A stretch of DNA of 63,378 bases, counting the filler, from Pelomyxa schiedti (taxonomy: Eukaryota > Protista > Evosea): NCBI GenBank assembly GCA_020536535.1. It is 10 parts of 10 records of this genome, joined end to end, with 100 filler letters (N's around TTAATTAATTAA, not from the genome) between each part and the next. Parts side by side here need not be neighbours in the genome. Positions count along the whole stretch, not along the records: positions 21,161 to 27,373 come from JAHLWZ010001435.1; positions 27,474 to 34,714 come from JAHLWZ010001366.1; 8 more parts are not named here. One strand, written 5' to 3'. The position numbers and the translations under genes are program-made. The notes below the pieces were generated by a model. It searched no databases. It saw nothing but the letters and a program-made list of their open reading frames with translations, and was not told the origin of the DNA. Position 1 is the stretch's first letter. Each line of letters opens with the position of its first letter. This document shows positions 21,344 through 31,443 of this stretch, one piece after another.

Positions 21344-23926
21344 ATGGCAACGAGGAAGGGCACGGGGGACAGCGCAGCCGCCGTGCAGGCGAGGCCGCCG
21401 CACCGCGGGGCGACCACCGTAAAAGAGGAGCCGCCGCACGAGGCGGCCCACGCGGACTCGGCCGCGTCGACCAGCACGCCGGCGGCACCGGGGAGGCCAA
21501 GGATCAAAGGAGAGGCGAGGGAGCCGCCGGGCCACAGTGGCCGCACGGAGGACGAGGAGGAGACGCGGAAGCTGGAGGAGGGGAAGCTGCGCGAGCGGGA
21601 GCGGGAGCGGGCGCAAGAGCGGGAGGAGGAAGAGGAGCGGGAGCGGGGAGGAGGGGGAAGGAGGGCAGGCGGGGGGGCGGGGATGCCGGCGGCGGCAATA
21701 ACGCTGTTGTTCTTAAGTGAGGACGAGGGCACCATCAAGAATTTTCAAGGTGGCCACTTTCTTTTTTTTTTTTTTGCACTGGGCTGGTCTCCCTAATGTT
21801 ATGTGGTTTTTACCAATAAAAAAAGGTGCTAGGGAGATGACTGTGTCTTTTCCTACACCTAACTTCACCTTTGAAATCACACGGAGTCTTTTTGAGGAGG
21901 TTTGTTAGTCCATTATATAAACCACTCCTCAATTGGGCTCTAATTGGGGATTCACAATTCATAGCTGGACCCCGCTTTGAAGCGCCAAGTGAGCCGCACG
22001 CACTGCCGGTTTGTATTCCCTTCCTTGTTTTTCCTCGCCGTGAGTGCTGAAACAAGATTTCGACTTGTTCCAACAGCTGATGAATACATGCATGAATTGT
22101 GGGTGGATGACCTCAGCTGTATGACTTCTCGTACCTTACTTTTGTACCAACTCGGGAATTAGTGAATGGGACTGTATTGAACAATTGCCTTATTGGAAAG
22201 CCCTACTCGAGACGTGTCAAGCACAACGATATCATTGGGATTGTTACTGTGAAAAATGAATCACAAGATGGTCTCAAGGTAACGTTAGGCATGAGGGTAC
22301 AACTTGATAGTGGAGTTGAAGATCTGTCACCGGACAGTCAGAGTATTTCGTGCACAACAATTACATCACCCAAGCCGCCAACCCGTTTACTTGAAGGCCA
22401 CACAGCTGAACCTCCAAGCAAAGAAGCCCCACTCCTAACTTCTTCCCCTCTCCTGCCTGAGCAATCCAGAAACATTTGCAGTGCAGAGATGGTGAGGGTA
22501 CTTGTACTGCTTTACATCTCATCCATTCTTTTCCTGTAGAGCAGTGAGTCTGAAATAGAAGTTTGCACAGTCAACCCACCAAAGGTGCCCACAAAGTCAT
22601 CTAGTCCAAAGATTACAAAACGGTCACCAAAATCGAAACGAAAGGAGACTTCCATAAAATCCCCGCCCAATACTTCCAAACTCCTGCCGGAAATTCCAGC
22701 AGATGACCCACCTTCAGACAACTCCACAACAATCATCCAAGCAACGACTCTCAGTTCAAGAAAACTTACAAAGCACAAACCTTCTGTAAATTCTACACCC
22801 GAGCCTAGAGTAACTGGGAAAAAGCATCCCCCTCCTGGACCTACCTCGAATGAAAGTTCTGTCATTGTACCACCTGCCAAGAAAAATCGAGTTGACCCAC
22901 AAAAACCCAACTATCCCGCTCGCCCCTCACCACACACAAGTACCTGTTCTGTGTCTAGTGAAGCCACAACGCTCAGTAAACCAAAATCGCAAGTGAACTA
23001 TGCACTTGTTGGATACACTGAACAAGGTAAGGAACCCCCAATTTTTCTGTTGTTCATTTGCGCCAAAGAAAAGGGGGAACAGACAAAATGGCCGAAGATC
23101 TATGGCAACTATGTCAAAGAAAGGGCACAACCACCATTAGTTGATGTTATTGTTGTATGTATAGTAGTATCCTCATTGGCCAATATTAAACATGGTTAGC
23201 TGAGGAAACAATTTTGGAACTGTCCATCACAATACTCCAATGAGATCAATCTTCCATTATGCCTACGTGACAGCACAATCCGTTTTGTCAGTAGTCGCGA
23301 CGACTTAAAGAAGCTATGCAAGGACATGAGTACAACTATACCGAACGAGCTGTTTCCACAAAAAGGTTCTTACAAGAGATGACTTCCTAGTATTCACTTT
23401 CTAATATTAATCTGTCAGGTCTTAAGGGTCTTATTTTAGACCCAGATTTGGCTTCCAACAGTGAACTGTGCGCCAATCTAGATACTCTGTTTCAGGTTCT
23501 AACAATAAACTGCCGTAAGGTATTCACTGAAATCCTCATCCTCCAGGAATATGATACAATTTTCTCGGCACCGCCCCTTAAGGCTGAAATTATGAAGCGA
23601 GTCAATCCTAGTATCTTTAATTACATTGGCACATCACACTGGCCTAACCCACTGTAGGAAACCAACATAAATTCGCCCAATTGCCACCCTATGAAATATC
23701 TACCGCCGAGAAAGGTCTGGTTATATCGGATTTACTGTGTCAGGGCACAATGCCCCCAATCAAGCACAGGGAACTTATCAAGTCCTGCATACTCCTAGCC
23801 TTCAACAAGATCACCAAAGTCAGAGACTTAATATTTGTTACGGACAATCCTGTACTACAAGACCTCGCAGATAAAAACCAGGTATCGGCACACCACTTGA
23901 ATCTCAAGATTATTGAACACACATAA
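21344..23926 (+). CDS. FHA-domain protein with S/P/K-rich linker and a degenerate PIN-like C-terminal domain
   Basis: Spliced FHA: FEITRSL...VSRTHCRF...LWVDDLS|LNGTVLN...VKHNDIIGI. The C-terminus has ILILQEYD, ELIKSCILL and LIFVTDNPVLQDLA, resembling PIN_4 motifs (less certain). Confidence 0.75.
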
Positions 23927-24212
23927 TAAGGTATCCACTGCCTCCGTGGAACAAATCCTGAGGAGACGGCACTAAGTTAAAATACCACTTGGGCGAGTCA
24001 AATAATCAACAGCCCAGAACCCTGTCATTTTCGGGTTATTGGTCTCCACCAACGTCGTACCCCAAAACTAGACGTTCCAATAAACTGGAAAAAAATTCGT
24101 TGGAATGTGTTAAAGCCAGACACATAGAGGAGAAGGTGAAGAGGATTTGGGGTTGTGAGGTGCCCTACAACTCCAGCATAACTTGGGAGGCTGGGGTTTG
24201 GTTGATTCCCAA

Positions 24213-24308
24213 AGCTGAGCGTAACTCACCTTGCATTTCTTGGCGCTTGTAGAGTCCATTATCATTTACTACAAGCGCCAAGAAATGCAAGGTGAGTTAC
24301 GCTCAGCT
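24213..24308. repeat. Perfect 40-bp inverted repeat with 16-nt loop
   Basis: 24213-24252 (agctgagcgtaactcaccttgcatttcttggcgcttgtag) is the exact reverse complement of 24269-24308. Confidence 0.97.
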
Positions 24309-24412
24309 GTTGTTGGAACGGTAGGAGTGAAAAAAGAGTAGTACATTGGTGAGGAGTGAGATTGATTTCTGCTGCAGCATTGGCGTCTACACATTGAGTA
24401 ACACAGAAGAAA

Positions 24413-26498
24413 TTAGTGGGTGAGCAACCTTTTTACTAAGAATGTATCATCGTTGTGTATTATAGACCTTAACAAGTACGTGCTTGCACGGAGTGCAAAG
24501 AAGTAAATTGTGAAGACGCCTCCAGAGACACTCCGGAGTATAAGAAGTTGGGCCAAAGAATATAATGATGAAAGGGGAGAAAAAGAAACCTGGGTTCTTA
24601 CGTACGCTTCCTGCTTGCTGACTTGCTGACCGCCGCTCGCCTCGCCACACAGATCTGGAAGCCGCTCCTCCAGCAGCACGCCTCGCCAATAAGCGACACC
24701 ACCAGACCAGCCGCTCGCACCACCACAACACCAATGCCGTGTCGACGAAGATCCAGGCTTAAAACCCTTCTTTGGGTTTGTTGGCCGATGAAGGAATAAC
24801 CATGATTCTTCTTTATGCAGCTGCACTTCCTTCTTTTAAAAAAACAGGAAAAAAACCTGACCAAATACAAAAAGACACTTGAAGCCTACAGAGTCTCAGA
24901 GCGAGGAGAGTGAAAGAAATCAAGAGGGTTCTTTGTTCCATTTGGATTGCATCTCATTGTAATGGTCGGGTGGCCTTCGTACCTTGCCTTGTTTATGTAC
25001 AAAGCGGAATTATTCTTTGTGCTGCCTAAGCAGCATCTTGTACATTTAGTCATTTGAAGGAAAGGTTTAGAGAAAGAAATTTGGGTGCATCTTCCATTGG
25101 ATGCAGGAATTCTCCCACGATGTCTGGCAATGGAGCAGTTTTGTAAAGGTGATCAAGGGAATTACGATTGCTCACCACAGTGGAACGCTGTGGTGATTGT
25201 ATAAATTAATCAGAATATGTGCCACAAACAACAGGAACAAAGTGAATGCAACATACACCAGCGGAAGACCCCTGAGACTCCCTTGGTGAGTTCTTCAGCG
25301 AGTGCGGAGTTGATTTCTGTTTCGGAACCGATCGCTCCAATAAGGTTGAGTAAGCCACAGCCACCGCTTTAGATGGTTTGTACTTGCCTGAGTTATGAAG
25401 GTTAGAGTGCATTCAATAACAAGGTTGATACTCTACGTTCCTGAGCCAGCATTGCGGAGTTATTGGATACATGCAAGCCACAACCATTACATCAACAGCT
25501 CGCTCCGTCATAGCTTTGTCTGCGTGGGGTGGGCATGGTAATACGGATATATATGCGCACACTGTGCTCCATCTGCCACCCGCGTGTAGTTTAAACAACT
25601 TGATAAGGCACTTCGCTGGGGGGTTCAACTGATGGCCCAGAATAGAAATCAAATCCTCTGTGTGGTGCTTGAGCTGAGGTGGAACTGTGTTTGGTAATCC
25701 TTACATTAGCATTTCCAACATCAATCGAGATAGAATTGTATATTATCATACTAACTTAAAGTTGAGATACAAGTTCACAAGATCAACCCCCTCCACGATT
25801 CCACCAGTTACATCAGCACCCTTCCGAGGTTTTCAATTGAGCAATGTGATCCTTTAAACGGTTTCTGAAGAGGTATTTAATGGGGAGAAGATAGCGTGGA
25901 TTTGATTACTAGCTAATCTGTATCCCCAGCAACGGTAACACATGGACTTGCAAATGACTCACCATTGGTAAAAAGTCACTCGGTTGTGCTTACAACTGCC
26001 GCGGTTTTATTTGTGCATGTCTTTGCAATGTCCAGGATACGAACGAATATCACTGCTATATTTCCTTCGTCTTGCGTGATATGTGAACGGATTCCTGACC
26101 TGCCACTTGTGTTCTACAGGATTTGGGCCTGTTGACCGCCGGATCCGGGGAGGGTCCTCACCCGGAAACTCCTGTGGATGTCCATTCACGCTCCACAGGA
26201 TTGGGAAACGTAAAGGGCATGTAGAAGGATGCACTCATAATATTGTTCAAGTAATTAACACTGAGCATGACCTTCCTCATTGTGGGAGCAACAAGCCCGA
26301 GCCACACAATACCCCGAGACTCTTGTGACACCACTGCGACCCATAGTTGTTGAAGAACAGAAATTTTTCCGAGTTCTTTTGGCTGTGTTGTCGTGATTCG
26401 GCACAGGAGTTGGTTATGAGGATGACATTTATCCACGTGGGAACAACCGTTGTGTAGAGTTGATCTACCGGTAAAAGAGTGGTTTCCTTGCTTGCCAT
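24413..26498 (-). CDS. Probable multi-exon hypothetical gene(s); not resolved
   Basis: Several minus-strand ORF pieces are bounded by GT/AG sites (MASKETTLLPVDQLYTTVVPTW..., VMLSVNYLNNIMSASFYMP..., WRGVLLEERLPDLCGE). No consistent frame or family could be established. Confidence 0.3.
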
Positions 26499-26923
26499 TT
26501 CACTGCTTTTCGTAGAAGCATCACGTTCTTGTTGGTAAGAATGCGCTAATGAGGCTCGTGGTAGACTCTTTTTTGAACAAAAAGAAGGAAGAAATTGCTA
26601 TTGCATTGTCAGAGCAAATTGGACATAGTAAATAAGAAAAAATAACTTTATGTTACCAGATTTACACTAAATCGCCACTGTCTCCTCCTGGTCACGACGC
26701 TGAGGTTAATGGACAAAACATTAATGTATTATTGTCGTGTGGTGACTACTACACTTGAAGAGGTTTGCAAACTAAAATAGTGTGGTGAGGTGGCAACTCT
26801 TTGTGCTGATAGGGGGGTGATGTGAGGTGTATATGTACTGGGGAAATGATAATGGCAATAGTGGGTGTTGTGGGAAGGGGACCTGTTCTCCCACAACAAG
26901 GAGCAGCAACCCTTTTGTCCCGT

Positions 26924-27373
26924 TTATGACGACTTTGCCTCTGTGGCGATACTTGCCAAGTAGCTTGCCATAACTTGTTGTATTTTGTGTCTGCCATCCG
27001 CTGAGAGGTTATCCCATGCTGCTTGCACCAATTGAGGTGATACAGCATGAACTGCACCAACTGCGGAACTCGATTGAGTAACCCAATGTAGTACTTTGCA
27101 CATCCTTGTACTCAACTCAGGTGTCACTAGTGCAGTGTTGAGTACTCTCACAAATATCTTAACGATGTGCGGGAGGTTTCCGTAATTTGCCCCAAGAAGA
27201 TTCACATTTGCACTGTGTAATGTGTCAGACGGAAATAGGAAATCCAAAGAACGACCTTTCAATAAAATAGCATAAGATACCATAGCACTCATGTGCTTCC
27301 TCTTCATCCTCCGTGATTGGAAGGTATGACAACCAAAGAGGAAGTACTTCCCCAAGGTTGACATATTCAGTTT
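26924..27373 (-). CDS. IPO5: Importin-5 / Kap121 C-terminus (5' truncated)
   Basis: EVLPLWLSYLPITEDEEEAHECY followed by LLGANYGNLPHIVKIF...WDNLSADGRHKIQ matches the importin-5 C-terminal signature. Confidence 0.85.
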   Translation of the reverse strand, partial: KLNMSTLGKYFLFGCHTFQSRRMKRKHMSAMVSYAILLKGRSLDFLFPSDTLHSANVNLLGANYGNLPHIVKIFVRVLNTALVTPELSTRMCKVLHWVTQSSSAVGAVHAVSPQLVQAAWDNLSADGRHKIQQVMASYLASIATEAKSS

Positions 27374-27473
27374 NNNNNNNNNNNNNNNNNNNNNNNNNNN
27401 NNNNNNNNNNNNNNNNNTTAATTAATTAANNNNNNNNNNNNNNNNNNNNNNNNNNNNNNNNNNNNNNNNNNNN
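27374..27473. other. Artificial contig linker
   Basis: N44-TTAATTAATTAA-N44. Confidence 0.99.
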
Positions 27474-30130
27474 ACCTGTATTGGTGTCCCTCAATTGCCT
27501 TTGCAATTGTGCAACTTGTGACTCCAAGTCTTTGATCTGCATGGAACGACTGAGATTGTTTGTGTTAGTGGTTGGTTGTTTTGTTTATGTTTATTTGTTT
27601 GAGTTGTTTTAAACTGAGATGAAACAGAGATGTGGTGCTGCAGCAGTGGCTTCTGGGTTGCCAAGTGTGATCGAACCTCTTCTGCAATGATTTCTGCATC
27701 TCCCACTACAATTCCAAGGCTGCAAAGCTGCTGAACAGTGTAACTGGCCAGTGTTCTTCCCCGGAGTTTTGCTGATCTGATGATGTTGAGGGAGTCATTG
27801 TCCAGCCCATGAGATCCAAGCCACACACACACCTGATCCACGTTGGCTGTTGAAAGGCAAAACACTGATTGTTGTGGTGCTGATGCTTTTGTTTCCAAGC
27901 CGTAATTAAGCAAACTTTGTTGCTGTGGTGGTGTTGGTGTGATTGTGCACTCTGTGGAGGAGTTTGTTGGAGGGTGTGGCAATTCTGCACACAGTTGGTG
28001 TGTCCCTTTTGTAGATGTGTTCCCCTGTGAATTTGCTGTAGATCGGTGGTCATTTGGCGGTGGTTTGGGTGGCAAATTGGTTGGCTTTGGAGTTTCAATT
28101 TTGGTGGGTGAACGTGTCTGCAAAGAAGAATCTGCACTTAATGGTGGTGTGCCCTTGCCATTTTTGAAAGCCATGGCAATGGTAACGTAAAACGCTTCCA
28201 TGATGTCAAGGAACTCATCCCACACCTCTTGGCACTTGTATGTCCTGTCTCCCAAACACAATTCCCCATTGTCCAGTGCTGGCAGCCACCCCAGCCCCAA
28301 CTCCTCAAAGTTCAACGAGTGGCGCACGATCGGGGCACCCCTGGCCCCAAGCATCTCGCTGATCAGGGGCAGGTCGCGATCAGACACCTTTCTGCGTGTG
28401 GGTGTGATGTAGTAGTACACTGGTGCAGTTGCCAGTGGCAAGGCCTTGTTGAGAGTGTGAACGCAGAATGCCATGAACCAAGCGGGGGCCCCTTGACTGG
28501 ACCTGCCAGAAGGCATGGGGAAGTCCCCACCAAGCACGCCCAGCTGCCTGGGGCAGCCCTCTTGGCTGGGCATCAGCAATGCAGCTACCTCACAGAACAC
28601 CTTTAGGATTGCCGCTCCCGTCTCAGCACCAGACAGTGCGTCAACCGCCAAAATGGCGGGCACGGCGGCGGCAATTAGGCCGTCACTAGACTGGACTTCC
28701 ATTGCAGGAGCACCTGGTGCTGTAACTATAATTAAGAGCAGGGGTGCTTCGGTGCGGCCCTGACCCAGCTTCTCCAATTCATCAGGTAAGGGGTCCTCGT
28801 CTGCAGTGCCTCCAGTGGTGGTAACACAGATGAACAAGTCGAAGCTGCCAGGTGGTGGGACCGTCGGTGGTGACGACGGTGGGCATGGGGAAGAGGGAGA
28901 GGGAGAGGGAGAAGGGGCACGAGGCGGCGGGAGGACTACGTGCCTGAAAACCGATTCAACGCCGCAGGCGCGGAGGAGGAGTTCCACCAGGAGGGAATAT
29001 GGGGCGACGTGGGGTTGGAACACAATGCAGCAGTGTTTATGATGCAGCGGTGTTCCTTTCGCAGCAACAGAGTTTTTAGGTGTGAAATCTATGGATGGGT
29101 TAAAAGAAGAATCTGCACTTAATGGTGGAGTGCCGTTACTATTTTTGAAAGCCATGGCAATGGTCACGAAAAACGCCTCAATGATGTCAAGGAACTCATC
29201 TCGCACATCTTCGTACTTGTATGTCGTGTCTTCCAAATACAATTCCCCATTGTCCAGTGCTGGCAGCCACCCCAGCCCCAACTCCTCAAAGTTCACCGAG
29301 TGGCGCACGATCGGGGCACCCCTGGCCCCAAGCATCTCGCTGATCAGGGGCAGGTTGCGATCAGACACCTTTCTGCGTGTGGGTGTGATGTAGTAGTACA
29401 CTGGTTCATCTGCAGTTGCACCATCTCTGGCCAGCAACAAGGCCTTGTTGAGAGTGTGAACGCAGAATGCCATGAACCAAGGGGGGACCCCTTGCAAGGC
29501 CCGGCCACAGGGCATGGGGAAGTAGTCACCAGGCACACTCAGCTGCCTGGGGCAGCCCTCTGGGCTTGGCAGCAGCAATTCAGCTATTTCGGAGAACCCC
29601 TTGAGGGTAACTGCTTCCATCTCAGCGCCAGCATCAACCGCCGAAACGGCGGGCATAAAGGAAGATAATACAGTGTCGAACCTGAGCTCCATCACGGAAG
29701 CGCCTGGTGCTACGAAAATAAAGAGGTGGTGTCTCATAGACATCAAATCGCCCAAATCGTCGTCGTCATTCACGGTGGTGACGCAGATGTGAAAGTCAAA
29801 GCTGTCCGCTGAGACCTTCAACGGCGACGATGGTGGGCATGGGGAAGGGGAGGGAGAGGCAGAGGCAGAGGCAGAGGGAGAGGGAGGAGGGGCACAAGGC
29901 AGGGGGAGGACTACGTGCCTGAAAACCGAGGTAACGCCGCAGGCGCGGAGGAGGAGCTCCACCAGGAGCGAGTACGGGGCAAGTTGGGGTCGGAAAGAGA
30001 GGCAGCAGCGGCTGTTGGGCGAGAGCCTGGTGTATGCCTGAGATGTGTACCGGGCCTCACGGATCGTGGGTCCTTCGTTGTCGCCCATTTGCTTGGCCGC
30101 TCGGGTCGTGGATCCTTGGTTGTTGCCCAT
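27474..30130 (-). CDS. Protein with two tandem ~300-aa repeats, a SAM domain and a coiled coil (3' truncated)
   Basis: Long ORF 27491..30130. Repeat units at ~29106-30008 and ~28124-29033. SAM-like VDQVCVWLGSHGL...LRGRTL...LCSLGIVVGDA. A probable intron then leads to QIKDLESQVAQLQRQLRD and the gene continues past the contig end. Confidence 0.75.
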
Positions 30131-30299
30131 TTGGTTTTTTCTTTGAGGTACCTTATCAAAGCACCAAGAGATGTGGGATCAAAAATAACAGGGAGAAACA
30201 AAGATATAATTACGCCCAACAGAGGGCGCTATTCATCGTGTGGCCCCAATCGTCATGAACCCAAACAAAGTTTTTTCTTCCAGGAAATCAAACAAAACA

Positions 30300-31161
30300 A
30301 TGTCAGCAGCGACACTCCCGCCGGTTTGGTGTCTGCGTTTGTCCCGATTCTTGTATCCAAGTCTCAATTCCACAGCAGTGTGCACCTTCTGAGGCAGAAC
30401 GCGATGTCATTAAAACACTGACTGCCACTCATCCAATGAAAGCTGGGGAGATTTGGTTCCTCATCTCATTAAGATGGTTCACTTGCTGGAAAATTTACGT
30501 TTCATACTATTGCTCTCCCTCGAGCTCATCTGGTTGCGGTGCCGTATGTTCTTTGCCCCATATTACAAAAATGATTCATATAATTCATGTTCTTTGAAGG
30601 GGTTGTTTGAACACTCTAGTTAGGCCCCCAGACCAGGACCGATTTCGAACAGTGATCTCCTTGAGGAAGATGGTGAGCTCAAATATTCTGTGTCGGAGAT
30701 GACACACTATGAGGTGGTCAGCGGTGTTGTGTGGAATACACTGAAGGGATGGTACTCTGGTGGGCCTGACATCCCTCGTCCTGTGATTTCCTTCCCTGCT
30801 CTGTACGGAAATGTTCGTCTCTCGGTGGAGCTGCAGCCACTGAGACTGCACATTGCCAAATCATCTGATACAACAGCTTCTGTGTTGGCATACTTCAGCA
30901 GAATTGACACTGTTGGTCATCTTAAGGTAGAGACCATTTTCAAGCAGAAGTACAATTATAATTCACTCACACCAGAAAACAATGTGTGAGAGAATGGGAT
31001 TGGAGCCAGACAACATCCACGTGTGGGACTACCACAGCGGCATTTGGCTCAAGGAACTTCATGATCAACAAACTCTGCACTCTGAACAGATTCTTCACAA
31101 CCAAACGGTTATTCTTGATAATATGCTTCCAATAATGGACAAAAAGAAGTTTAATGGTTGA
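30300..31161 (+). CDS. Stand-alone DUSP + ubiquitin-like domain protein (USP4/11/15 N-terminal module, no catalytic domain)
   Basis: A four-exon model with phase-0 GT-AG introns gives MSAATLPP|QCAPSEAERDVIKTL...GEIWFLISLRWFTCWKIY...|APRPGPISNSDLL...YEVVSGVVWNTLKGWYSGGPDIPRPVI...VELQPLRL...FSRIDTVGHLK|KTMCERM...IHVWDYHSG...QILHNQTVILD...NG*. Confidence 0.8.
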
Positions 31162-31443
31162 CTAGGTTATGCTGGATGAAAAAAAAGATGATGGGTTTTG
31201 GCCAAGCCGCAGGAGATACTACTACCCATAGGTTTGTGGTTCAGGAGCTAAATAAATAATGCCCCACCCGAAAAATCGATAAATCGCTTTCTCAGGTCAT
31301 AAGTGCCAGCTGCCGGTAGATCTGACAACAATTAAATCGCTGGTCCCAAGACTTTGAAAATGCCCGCACTAATGTGCTGGTTGTGCAGGGTACCGTGTAC
31401 AAAAAAAAATTGTTCTTTTCCACCATTAAACGAACAACAGGCC

